Positions 10,794 to 19,628 of a DNA stretch of 64,000 nucleotides are shown here, piece after piece (the first letter of the stretch is position 1; each line of letters starts with the position of its first letter). The notes under the pieces were generated by a model. That model made no database searches. It saw only the letters and a program-made list of their open reading frames with translations, and had not been told where the DNA came from. Position numbers and translations under genes: made by a program. The stretch is from Nakamurella sp. GTDB taxonomy: Bacteria; Actinomycetota; Actinomycetes; Mycobacteriales; Nakamurellaceae. Location of the stretch: NCBI GenBank assembly GCA_017848755.1, contig JAFIHI010000091.1, positions 350-64,349 of the forward strand, written 5' to 3'.

Positions 10794-10860
10794 AGGGCTC
10801 CGATCGCGGTACTGGCAGTAGGGGGCAAAACGCCGACCAGACTTCCCGGCACACCAGACG
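10794..10860 (-). promoter_or_regulatory. Candidate structured 5' leader of nhaA (possible riboswitch)
   Basis: A TACACT -10-like hexamer (10869-10864) is followed by GGTGTGCCGGGAAGTCTGGTCGGC, which can fold CCGG-GAAGU-CUGG inside GCCG/CGGC. Confidence 0.35.
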
Positions 10861-11010
10861 TTTAGTGTATGACGCTGTTCCCGACCGCAGTCGTCCGGAT
10901 GAGGTGCCACGGTGGCCAACCCAGGAACCTCGCGCTAGGAACGCCATACCCCGAATAGGGGCTGGCCGTCGCCGCAACGACGAGCGACTCGGTCCGAATG
11001 ACGGATTCCG

Positions 11011-11020
11011 TGTGGATAAC
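11011..11020. promoter_or_regulatory. TGTGGATAAC box upstream of tadB
   Basis: Exact copy, ~125 nt before the tadB start. Confidence 0.55.
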
Positions 11021-11146
11021 TTCCGTTCCGTATCGCATGTGAGCCACATCGCATTATGGTGCTTTTGCGCAGGTAGTCGTGCGGGCCGCGGTAAGGGCGC
11101 TGACAAGGGTGGTGCACGGCCACATCTCGAGTCGGGAGGCACAGCG

Positions 11147-12001
11147 TTGGGGGCAGTGGTGGGGTTGATCGGCGGCACCGGGCTGCTGCTGATCTGGCAG
11201 GGCCTGACCGGTGCGCCGCGACGCAGGAATGCGCCACACCGTGAGGTGCGTCTACGCGAGACGCTGGCCCAAGCCGGACTTTCGGGCGTCACACCGGCCC
11301 GCATGATCGCGCTGCAGGGCGCGGTCGCGCTGGTCGTCGTGGCGGTCTCGTTCGTCTCCACCGGCTCGGTGTCCATCTCGATCGTGTTCGCACTGTTCGC
11401 CGGATATTCGCCGTGGCTGCTTGTACAGCGGATGCGTCGTCGCCGCCGCGCGGATCTGCGGGAGCTGTGGCCGGAGGTGGTCGACAACCTGACGTCCGGT
11501 GTCCGCGCCGGCCTGTCGCTTCCGGAGGCACTCGCCGCGATCGGCCAACGCGGCCCGGAGCCGCTGCGCGAGCCGTTCCGGGCCTTCGGGCGGGACTACC
11601 GGGCCACCGGTGCGTTCGATGATTCGTTGACCCGTCTGAAGACGGCGCTGGCCGATCCCGTCGGCGACCGGATCTGCGAATCGCTGCGGGTGGCACGTGA
11701 GGTCGGTGGGACCGATCTCGGCCGACTGCTGAGCACGCTCAGCGGCTTCCTCCGGGAAGCTGCTCGGGTCCGCGCGGAGCTCCTTGCCCGACAATCGTGG
11801 GCGATCAGCGCGGCGCGCATGGCAGTGGCAGCACCGTGGCTGGTCCTGCTGCTCCTCTCCACCCGCCGAGAGACCCTCGCAGCCTACGACAGTGCCGTCG
11901 GCACAGCGATTCTCGCGATCGGAGCCGTGCTGACCGTGGCCGCCTACCGGGTGATGCTGCGCATCGGGCGCCTACCGGAGGATCGGCGAGTCCTCCGATG
12001 A
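11147..12001 (+). CDS. tadB: Tad pilus inner-membrane platform protein TadB
   Basis: GGGAGG RBS then TTG; LWPEVVDNLTSGVRAGLSLPEAL, ADPVGDRICESLRVAREVGG, AAPWLVLLLL. Confidence 0.88.
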   Translation: MGAVVGLIGGTGLLLIWQGLTGAPRRRNAPHREVRLRETLAQAGLSGVTPARMIALQGAVALVVVAVSFVSTGSVSISIVFALFAGYSPWLLVQRMRRRRRADLRELWPEVVDNLTSGVRAGLSLPEALAAIGQRGPEPLREPFRAFGRDYRATGAFDDSLTRLKTALADPVGDRICESLRVAREVGGTDLGRLLSTLSGFLREAARVRAELLARQSWAISAARMAVAAPWLVLLLLSTRRETLAAYDSAVGTAILAIGAVLTVAAYRVMLRIGRLPEDRRVLR

Positions 12002-12930
12002 CGACGTTCCTGGGCGGCACGATCGGCCTGGCCGCGGGCGCGGGCCTGCTGCTGGCGATCCTCGCCGCTCCCCCGTTTCGGAAGCTGTCACTGTCCGAGC
12101 GCATCGCACCGTACCTGCGGGATGCGGCCACCCCGTCGCGACTGCTGACCCCAAGCGGCACCGTGCGCGAGTCGACCATCGGTCGATTGACCGGGCCACT
12201 GCTGGCTGACGCTGTCCGCATGCTCGACCGGATCCTGGGCGGGCGGGCCTCGGTCCGCCGCCGCCTCGCGGCGCTGCGATCGCCGATGTCGGTGGAGCAA
12301 TTTCGCGCGGAGCAGGTGGTGTGGGCCGGGGTCGGCGGCGGTGTCGGCCTCGGTGTCGTGCTCCTCGCAATCATCAGCAACCACCGGAGCCCGATCCTGC
12401 TGGTGATGATCGTGCTGCTGTGCGCGGTCGCTGGCATCGTCGCGCGCGACTGGTGGCTGACACAGACGGTCTCCCGGCACAACGCCGAGATACTGGCCGA
12501 GTTCCCGGTGGTGGCCGAGATGCTCGCGCTCGCCGTCGCCGCGGGCGAGGGCTTGGCCGGCGCCATCGGACGGGTATGCCGCCTGACCCAGGGCCACCTG
12601 GCCGACGGCCTGCGAGCGATCCTCGCCGACGCGCGGGCGGGCGCATCGCTGCAGCAAGCGCTGCTGGTAGCGCGAGACAACACACAGGTCGAGCCGCTGG
12701 CGCGGTTCCTCGACGGCATGGCCGTCGCCCTGGAGCGCGGTACGCCATTGGCGGAGGTGCTGCACGCACAGGCGGCCGACGTCCGCGCCCTGAGCAAGCG
12801 GCAACTGCTGGAGGCCGGCGGAAAGAAGGAGATCCTCATGATGGTTCCTGTGGTATTCCTTGTGATGCCCGTCACTATCCTGTTCGCCTTCTTCCCCGGG
12901 ATCATCGCGATCACGACCGTGGCGCGATAG
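11998..12930 (+). CDS. tadC: Tad pilus platform protein TadC
   Basis: ATGA overlap with tadB; EFPVVAEMLALAVAAGEG, ERGTPLAEVLHAQAADVR, GGKKEILMMVPVVFL. Confidence 0.88.
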   Translation: MTTFLGGTIGLAAGAGLLLAILAAPPFRKLSLSERIAPYLRDAATPSRLLTPSGTVRESTIGRLTGPLLADAVRMLDRILGGRASVRRRLAALRSPMSVEQFRAEQVVWAGVGGGVGLGVVLLAIISNHRSPILLVMIVLLCAVAGIVARDWWLTQTVSRHNAEILAEFPVVAEMLALAVAAGEGLAGAIGRVCRLTQGHLADGLRAILADARAGASLQQALLVARDNTQVEPLARFLDGMAVALERGTPLAEVLHAQAADVRALSKRQLLEAGGKKEILMMVPVVFLVMPVTILFAFFPGIIAITTVAR

Positions 12931-13029
12931 GGATCCTGGCCATGGCCGAGCCGCCCGACCTCTATGAGTCCGAACCGCACGAGCCCGAACAACCTCCCGA
13001 AGCCCACAGAACCCACGAAGGAGCCTCCG

Positions 13030-13308
13030 ATGATCTCGCGCAGCGCAGCAAGGGCGTATTACGTGTTCGAGGCGACGGTCACGCTTCTCGTGACGTTGGC
13101 CGGGCCGGCGCGGCACCGCGATGCCCGCACGGGTCTAAGCAACCGCGAACCCACCGACCGGGACCGCGGCGACGTGCCGGGGTGGGTCATGGTCACGATG
13201 ATGACGGCGATCGTGGTCATCGTGCTGCTCGGCGTCTTCCAAGAGGCCGTTGTCAACGCGGTGAAGAACGCCTTCGATTCGATCAGCGGCCAGGGCGGCC
13301 AGCCGTAG
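13030..13308 (+). CDS. Flp-type major pilin
   Basis: AAGGAG RBS; actinobacterial pilin signature DRGDVPGWVMVTMMTAIVVIVLL. Confidence 0.75.
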   Translation: MISRSAARAYYVFEATVTLLVTLAGPARHRDARTGLSNREPTDRDRGDVPGWVMVTMMTAIVVIVLLGVFQEAVVNAVKNAFDSISGQGGQP

Positions 13309-13685
13309 CCGATCGCGGGTCGGCCGTCGCGGAATTCGCGATGGTGCTGGTGATGCTGATGCTGCTATTCCTGGCGATGGTCGGCGTCGGACTGTGGTTC
13401 TACACTCAGTCGCTGCTGACCAGCGCCGCAGCCCAAGCAGCGCGGTTGGCGGCTGGCGCCGATGTCCAGGACACCACCGCCGCCTCCCGGCGCGCCGCAG
13501 ACATCATGGCGCAGACGATCGCGGGCCGGCTCGCCGATACCGTCCGATGCGATCCTCCGCAGTCCGCGGATCCCGTCATGATCGAGGTGCGATGCACGAT
13601 GGCGGCGCCGGCGATCGTTCCGCTGCTGGACGGCATGATGCCGGACATCGACGTAACGGCCCACGCGCTGCGAGAGATTCCGTGA
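13305..13685 (+). CDS. tadE: TadE-like minor pilin (start codon unclear)
   Basis: DRGSAVAEFAMVLVMLMLLFL prepilin motif, AAAQAARLAA. No ATG/GTG/TTG immediately before the motif. Confidence 0.7.
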   Translation, partial: VADRGSAVAEFAMVLVMLMLLFLAMVGVGLWFYTQSLLTSAAAQAARLAAGADVQDTTAASRRAADIMAQTIAGRLADTVRCDPPQSADPVMIEVRCTMAAPAIVPLLDGMMPDIDVTAHALREIP

Positions 13686-14164
13686 CAAGAAAGGTCGCTC
13701 CCCCGCGCAATCCGAGCCATCGGCGCCTCGACGACGGCCGCGCCGTCATCGAGGTTGTCTTCCTCGCCGTCCTGCTGTTGATCCCGACCATGTACATCCT
13801 GATCGGTGTGTTGCGCCTGCAGGCCGCTACTCTCGCCGTCGCCCAGGCAGCGCGCGACGTCGGGCGGCTGATCGAGACGTCACCCGGTCTGCCGTCGCTC
13901 GATCAAGCGGCGGCAGTGGCGCGAGTGGCGCTGGCGGATCAGCGCGTGCCGGGCGATGGGATGCGCATCGCGACGATCGATGCCGGCGGGGACTGCGCCC
14001 GCGCCGGTTCGGCGCACTTCAGCCGGCAGGCCGGCACCGACTACGACGTGTGCGTGATCGCAGTCATCGACTTGCCCGGCGTGCCGACAGCCCTGGCCGG
14101 ATCCCGGAACACCGTCACCGGCGTGTATACGGTGCACATCGACGACCTGCGCGAGGGGCGCTAA
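13682..14164 (+). CDS. TadE/TadG-like minor pilin
   Basis: GTGA overlap; DDGRAVIEVVFLAVLLLIP, AQAARDVGR. Confidence 0.72.
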   Translation: MTRKVAPPRNPSHRRLDDGRAVIEVVFLAVLLLIPTMYILIGVLRLQAATLAVAQAARDVGRLIETSPGLPSLDQAAAVARVALADQRVPGDGMRIATIDAGGDCARAGSAHFSRQAGTDYDVCVIAVIDLPGVPTALAGSRNTVTGVYTVHIDDLREGR

Positions 14165-14206
14165 TCGATCGCGCTGAGACCGGTCGGCGTGCGCTCCGCT
14201 GCCGCG

Positions 14207-15763
14207 TCAGCCGTCTTCCAGTGCTTCTGCAGCCTCCGCCGGGCTGGCGGCCACGGGTTCCGCCTCCCGCGCTGCGCGCAGGCGACCCGGTTCCATCGTC
14301 TGCTCGGGGCGCGCGAAGAACAGCACCGCGACCAGGCCGATCAGCAAGATGGCGGCGGGCAGCAGTAAGGACTCGCCCATGGCCCGCGCGAAGCCGGGCT
14401 GCACGAACGCCGGCAAATCCCCCGAGGCGTCATACGAACCGCCTGACGCGGCACTCGCGCCGAATGCGGCTACCAGCCGCGACTGCATGATCACCGCGAT
14501 GCCCGCGCTGCCCAGCACGGCACCGACCTGCCGTGTCGTGTTGTAGACCCCGGATCCCGCACCCGCGGCGTGCATCGGCAGATTCCGGGTCGCGGTCGCG
14601 GAGATCGGCGACCACATGAACGCGTTCGCGACACCCATGAGCGCGATGGGAAGTTCCAGCTGCCAGATCGCCCGCCCTGGCGCCATGATCTGCCACAGCC
14701 ACACGAGCGACGTGATCATGCACACCAGCCCGAACCCACCCAGGTAGCGGGGGTGCGTCCGGTCCACCAGATTCCCGACCGGCTTCGCCAACCCGCCCGT
14801 GATGATGGCCATCGGCACCATCAAAAGCGCCGCCCGGACGGGCGACAGGCCGAGCACCTTCTGCGCGTACAGCATCAGCGGGAACGCCACCGACGTGATC
14901 GTGAAACCGACGGCCGCGATCCCGATGTTCGCCAGCGAGAAGTTGCGGTCCTTGAACAGCGGGAGCGGCACCAGCGGCTCGGCGGCGTTCTTCGCCTGCC
15001 ACAGCACGAATGCGGCGAGTACCACCACACCGGCGATGATCAGCGACCACACCGAGATCGGCCCCGCGATCGTCCCCCAGTGGTAGGTCTCGCCCTCCTG
15101 GATGCCGAAGACGAGCAGGAACATGCCGACCGCGGACAGGGCCACGCCGGTGACGTCGAACCGGTGCGAGTGGATCTCGAGGTGCGGGACCAGTTTCATC
15201 GCTAGCCCCAGACCGACGATCCCCACCGGCACGTTGATGAAGAAGATCCACTCCCAACCGAGCGAGTCGATGAGCACCCCGCCGAGGATCGGCCCGACCA
15301 GCGTGGCGACGCCCGCGACCGCGCCCCACATCCCCATGGCGGTGCCGCGCCGGTTCGCCGGGAACGTCCGCGTGACCACCGTCATCGTCTGCGGCGTCAT
15401 CATCGAGGCGCCGAGACCCTGGAAGACCCGCGCCGTGACCAGCATCCCGATCGATCCGGACAGCCCGCACCATGCCGACGACGCGGTGAAGATCACCAGT
15501 CCCGTCTGGTAGAGCGCCTTGGGGCCGAATCGGTCGCCGAGCCGGCCGGTGATGAGCAACGGCACCGCGTACGCGAGCAGGTACGCGCTGGTCACCCACA
15601 AGACCTCGTTGATGCTCGCGTGCAGGCTCACCATCATGGTCGGGATCGCCACGGAGACGATGGTCGAATCGACCAGGATCATGAAGAAGCCCAGGCACAG
15701 GGCCCACAAGGCGGCCCACGCGCTGCGGGTGCCGTGCTTCTCGGCCGTCGTGGATTCCATCAT
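14207..15763 (-). CDS. DHA2-family MFS efflux permease (EmrB/QacA-like)
   Basis: LGFFMILVDSTIVSVAIP, GRLGDRFGPK, GWEWIFFINVPVG; ~14 TM. Confidence 0.92.
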   Translation of the reverse strand: MMESTTAEKHGTRSAWAALWALCLGFFMILVDSTIVSVAIPTMMVSLHASINEVLWVTSAYLLAYAVPLLITGRLGDRFGPKALYQTGLVIFTASSAWCGLSGSIGMLVTARVFQGLGASMMTPQTMTVVTRTFPANRRGTAMGMWGAVAGVATLVGPILGGVLIDSLGWEWIFFINVPVGIVGLGLAMKLVPHLEIHSHRFDVTGVALSAVGMFLLVFGIQEGETYHWGTIAGPISVWSLIIAGVVVLAAFVLWQAKNAAEPLVPLPLFKDRNFSLANIGIAAVGFTITSVAFPLMLYAQKVLGLSPVRAALLMVPMAIITGGLAKPVGNLVDRTHPRYLGGFGLVCMITSLVWLWQIMAPGRAIWQLELPIALMGVANAFMWSPISATATRNLPMHAAGAGSGVYNTTRQVGAVLGSAGIAVIMQSRLVAAFGASAASGGSYDASGDLPAFVQPGFARAMGESLLLPAAILLIGLVAVLFFARPEQTMEPGRLRAAREAEPVAASPAEAAEALEDG

Positions 15764-15874
15764 CAGTCGATTCTTCTACAAGGCTCCGACATCCATCGTG
15801 CCGACCGGGTATGACGCTGTTCGTGACCTCGGCCCGACCGGACCACCGCGCCCGTTCGCGTAGGCTGGTTAGTT

Positions 15875-16981
15875 GTGAATCTCGACGACGCCGCCGCTCT
15901 CAAGGAACTGCAGACCACGATGGGCTCCATCGAGGCCGTCGTCGACGTCGACCGGTTGAAGGCCTCCATCGCGGATCTCGCGCGGCAGGCCGCTGCCCCG
16001 GACCTGTGGAACGACCAGGAGAATGCCCAGGCAGTGACGAGCAAGCTCTCGCGTGCGCAGGCAGACCTCGCGCGGGTCGAGGAGCTGCGCCGCCGTCTCG
16101 ATGACGTGGAGGTGCTGTTCGAGCTGGGCGAGGAGGACCCGGGCACTCTCGACGAGGCTCGCAGCGAGATGTCTTCGCTCGCACGCGATATCGAGGCCAT
16201 GGAGGTCCGCACGCTGCTGTCCGGGCCGTATGACGAACGCGAGGCGCTGGTCACGATCCGCTCGGAGGCGGGCGGCGTCGATGCCGCCGATTTTGCCGAG
16301 ATGCTGATGCGCATGTACCTGCGCTGGGCGGAGCGGCACGGCTATCCGACCGAGGTGTACGACACGTCCTACGCCGAGGAGGCGGGGCTGAAGTCCGCGA
16401 CATTCCAGGTGAAGGCGCCGTTCGCGTACGGCACGCTCTCGGTAGAACAGGGCACGCACCGGCTGGTGCGCATCTCGCCGTTCGACAACCAGGGTCGGCG
16501 GCAGACCTCGTTCGCCGGCGTCGAGGTGGTGCCCGTCGTCGATCAGGCGGATCACGTCGACATCGACGAGAAGGAGCTGCGGATCGACGTGTACCGCTCG
16601 TCCGGCCCCGGCGGGCAGGGCGTGAACACGACCGACTCGGCCGTGCGCATCACCCATCTGCCGACTGGCATCGTCGTCTCCTGCCAGAACGAGCGCTCCC
16701 AGTTGCAGAACCGCGCCTCGGCGATGGCGGTGCTGCAGGCCAAGCTGCTGGAGAAGCGTCGACAGGACGAGCAGGCCGCGATCGATGCGCTCAAGGGCGA
16801 CGGCGGCAACTCCTGGGGCAACCAGATGCGCTCCTACGTGCTGCACCCGTACCAGATGGTCAAGGACCTGCGCACCAACTACGAGGTCGGCAACCCCTCC
16901 GCCGTCTTCGACGGCGACCTCGATGGATTCCTCGAGGCCGGCATCCGCTGGCGCCGCTCGCAGGAGAACCGCACCAACTGA
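15875..16981 (+). CDS. prfB: Peptide chain release factor 2
   Basis: [10 protein letters not shown] (SPF), [34 protein letters not shown]; no frameshift site. Confidence 0.98.
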   Translation: MNLDDAAALKELQTTMGSIEAVVDVDRLKASIADLARQAAAPDLWNDQENAQAVTSKLSRAQADLARVEELRRRLDDVEVLFELGEEDPGTLDEARSEMSSLARDIEAMEVRTLLSGPYDEREALVTIRSEAGGVDAADFAEMLMRMYLRWAERHGYPTEVYDTSYAEEAGLKSATFQVKAPFAYGTLSVEQGTHRLVRISPFDNQGRRQTSFAGVEVVPVVDQADHVDIDEKELRIDVYRSSGPGGQGVNTTDSAVRITHLPTGIVVSCQNERSQLQNRASAMAVLQAKLLEKRRQDEQAAIDALKGDGGNSWGNQMRSYVLHPYQMVKDLRTNYEVGNPSAVFDGDLDGFLEAGIRWRRSQENRTN

Positions 16982-17107
16982 ACCACAGGACGAAGCACCA
17001 TGCGGCCGCGGTGGCGGCGCTTGAGTGCCTGCCCAGACTTTCCCTGGGGACGTCTTCAAGCTCGCGAATCGCTCCGAAAACTACATCATGGCCGATCGCA
17101 GCGGGCG

Positions 17108-18364
17108 CTACCCGGCCGCCGAGTCCTGCGGAGCGGACCACAAGCTGGACATCGGTGCAGCAACAATGCGATCCGCCAGCGGGTAGAGCCGCGGCCCCGT
17201 GTGCAACACCGCACCGCCGATGAAGGCGCCGCCCAACTGGTCCCGCAGCCACTCGAGGTGGACGGCATCGCGACGTCCAGGCGCACCGGATGCCTTGACC
17301 TCGATGCCGAACACTTCGCCACCGCCGAATTCCAGCAGGATGTCGATCTCATGCCGACCCTCCTGGGTACGCAGGTGGAAGATCCCTGGCTGCGCCTCAC
17401 TGACCGCGGCCTCGGCTCGAAGTTGCGCCATGACGAACGTGTCCAGCACACGGCCGAGAAGATCGCCATGTGCCCGAATCGATCTCGCCGTGACGCCCAG
17501 CACCGCGGCAAGCACGCCCGTGTCGACCACGTAGCGCTTCCGGAGCTGCACCAGTCGCTTGAGGCGATTCGTCCACCATGCTGGGACCTCTTCGATAGCG
17601 AAGAGGTTGGTGAGCAACCGCCCGTAGCTCGACGCGGTCTCACGATTGACTCCGGCGCTCTCAAGGATGGCGCTATCCGCCACCACGCCGGCGCTGTTGG
17701 CGCAGATGGCCCGCAGATATCGGTCGAGCCGCACAGGGTCGCGGCCGGGGTCCGCCATATCGACATCGCGCCGCAGCAGTTGCTCGACGTACGCGGTGAG
17801 CCAGCGCCGCCGCATGGTTTCGGAGGACGTGATGACAGCATCCGGGAAACCGCCGCGGACTGCCCGCTGCAGATAGCCGTCCAGGGTGAGCGCGACCGCC
17901 GGTGCGGTCAGCGCATCGACACCAACAGCGCCAATGCGGTCGATGATGGAAGGCGCGGCGGCGCGCCCCTCGATCTCACGTTCGGTGAGCCCATACATGA
18001 CGAGCCGCAGCGCACGCCCCGTCAGCGGCCAACCCTGCGCCGTCATGTCCGCGCGTACGGAACCGGTGATCACGAACGCCCCCGGCCCGGGGCGATCGTC
18101 GACCACACGCTTCACAGCGCCCAGGATCGTCGGGGCCAGTTGCCACTCATCGATCAGCAGTGGCCTGGGCATGTCCAGCGCCCCGTCCGGATCGGCCCGC
18201 ACCGCGACTGCTTCGGATTCGCGGTCCAGTCGGATCACGGACCGCGCATGACGCAGAGCAGTGGTGGTCTTGCCGCACGCGCGCGGCCCGACCACGAGGA
18301 CGGCGGGGAACTCACCGAGCAGTGCGCTGAGCAGCCCATCGCCCATCCGCTCGATATACGCCAC
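17108..18364 (-). CDS. AAA+ ATPase with DUF4143 / PD-(D/E)xK-like C-terminus
   Basis: GPRACGKTT, LIDEWQ, ITGS, KRYVVDTG, EIDILLE...GIEVKAS. Confidence 0.85.
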   Translation of the reverse strand: MAYIERMGDGLLSALLGEFPAVLVVGPRACGKTTTALRHARSVIRLDRESEAVAVRADPDGALDMPRPLLIDEWQLAPTILGAVKRVVDDRPGPGAFVITGSVRADMTAQGWPLTGRALRLVMYGLTEREIEGRAAAPSIIDRIGAVGVDALTAPAVALTLDGYLQRAVRGGFPDAVITSSETMRRRWLTAYVEQLLRRDVDMADPGRDPVRLDRYLRAICANSAGVVADSAILESAGVNRETASSYGRLLTNLFAIEEVPAWWTNRLKRLVQLRKRYVVDTGVLAAVLGVTARSIRAHGDLLGRVLDTFVMAQLRAEAAVSEAQPGIFHLRTQEGRHEIDILLEFGGGEVFGIEVKASGAPGRRDAVHLEWLRDQLGGAFIGGAVLHTGPRLYPLADRIVAAPMSSLWSAPQDSAAG

Positions 18365-18378
18365 GCACGTACAGTAGC

Positions 18379-18458
18379 ACTTCTACACGGGCCTGAGTAT
18401 GACTTTTACGCACACTTCAGTATCACTTTTACGCACCAGCCACTCAAACTTTTACGCA
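18379..18458. repeat. Four phased direct repeats, 23-bp period (core ACTTTTACGCA)
   Basis: Cores at 18402, 18425 and 18448 are exact; 18379 (ACTTCTACACG) is degenerate. Directly upstream of the AAA+ gene. Confidence 0.9.
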
Positions 18459-18469
18459 TGGCCCGGGGC

Positions 18470-19576
18470 TCAGTGTGGCAGGTAGGCGTTGGTGTAGTAG
18501 GTGGACGGGTCGGCGACCTTGTCGAGTTCGCCGACCGCGTGCAGCGCGTCGGTAAGTTCGGACCACTGCGACGCGCGCTGGGTGAGCAGCCCGTCTGGCC
18601 CGTTCATCACCGCAGCGGTCGACTCCCAGCCGGTCAGGTTGTAGGTGTGGGACGAACCGTTGTCCGGGTAGATCTTCTCGAAATCGTTGACGGCCTTCTC
18701 CGGATTGGCGATGGCCCACTGGGTGGCTTCCTTGATCGCGGCGAGGAACGCCTTAGCGGTGTCGCCGTTCGCGTCCAGCCACTTCTGACTGGCCACGTAG
18801 ACCCAGATCGGCACATCGGGCGCGTTGAACTCCTTGGCGAGCATGACAGCGGGCTTCTTGCCGGTCGCCTCCTGCACCTGGGCGACTGCGAAGTTCGCGG
18901 TGTTCGTCGTGAGGTCGAGCTTGTTCGCGAGCAGCGGCGCCACGTCGTCACCCTGGAACGTGACCTGGTGCACGTCGTTCGCCGTGAGCCCCGCGGCCTT
19001 GAGCACGAACGGCATCATCGCCTGCGTCCAGTTGTCGGAGAAGACGCCGATGCTCTTGCCCTTGAGGTCCTTCAGGTTGATGGTCTCCCCCGGCCGGGCA
19101 ATCAGGCCCCAGTTGTTCGACTGCGAGTAGTTGCCGATCGACACCACGTCGGCGCCCTGCCCGCGGGTGATGACGACGTCCGCGGTGGTCGCAAAACCGA
19201 TGTCGCCCTGGCCGGAGCCGAGCAGCTTCACGGTGGTGGAGTCGTCTGGCGGCAGGATGAGTTTCAGGTCGATCCCGTACTTGTCGAACATGCCCTCGGC
19301 CTTCGCGACCGCGAGCGGAACGGCCTCGAAGTCGACGCCGGACCAGTCGTAGACCAGCGAGACGGTGTGCTTCGTGACGGCGGCGGAGGTCTGCGTCTCG
19401 CTCGATGAGCTGCTCGATGACCCGCCCGACGTCTCGCTCGGCGAACCAGTCGACGAACCGGACGAACCCGAAGACCCAGTCGCCCCGGCCGACGACCCGC
19501 ACGCGCTCAGCACCAGCCCGGCGACCGCCGTCACGATCACAGCAGCCGCGCGGGCGCTGCGCTGGAACCTGATCAT
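18470..19576 (-). CDS. ABC substrate-binding lipoprotein, NMT1/THI5-SsuA family
   Basis: GGGAGG RBS, lipobox LVLSAC, Ser/Thr linker, LKGKSIGV, NAPDVPIWVYVASQKWL. Confidence 0.85.
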   Translation of the reverse strand: MIRFQRSARAAAVIVTAVAGLVLSACGSSAGATGSSGSSGSSTGSPSETSGGSSSSSSSETQTSAAVTKHTVSLVYDWSGVDFEAVPLAVAKAEGMFDKYGIDLKLILPPDDSTTVKLLGSGQGDIGFATTADVVITRGQGADVVSIGNYSQSNNWGLIARPGETINLKDLKGKSIGVFSDNWTQAMMPFVLKAAGLTANDVHQVTFQGDDVAPLLANKLDLTTNTANFAVAQVQEATGKKPAVMLAKEFNAPDVPIWVYVASQKWLDANGDTAKAFLAAIKEATQWAIANPEKAVNDFEKIYPDNGSSHTYNLTGWESTAAVMNGPDGLLTQRASQWSELTDALHAVGELDKVADPSTYYTNAYLPH

Positions 19577-19628
19577 TGTCATTCCTCCCGTTGTGGCGCC
19601 CGGATACGGGCGCTCGGCTCCCGCCGTC

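Noticed and set aside
15875-16981. prfB without a programmed +1 frameshift
   Set aside because: Normal for actinobacteria.
18379-18458. CRISPR interpretation of the periodic repeats
   Set aside because: 11-bp cores with 12-bp spacers, only four units, and no cas genes.
17000-19408. 802-aa ORF on the + strand
   Set aside because: Antisense shadow of the AAA+ and substrate-binding genes, typical of high-GC DNA; no motifs.
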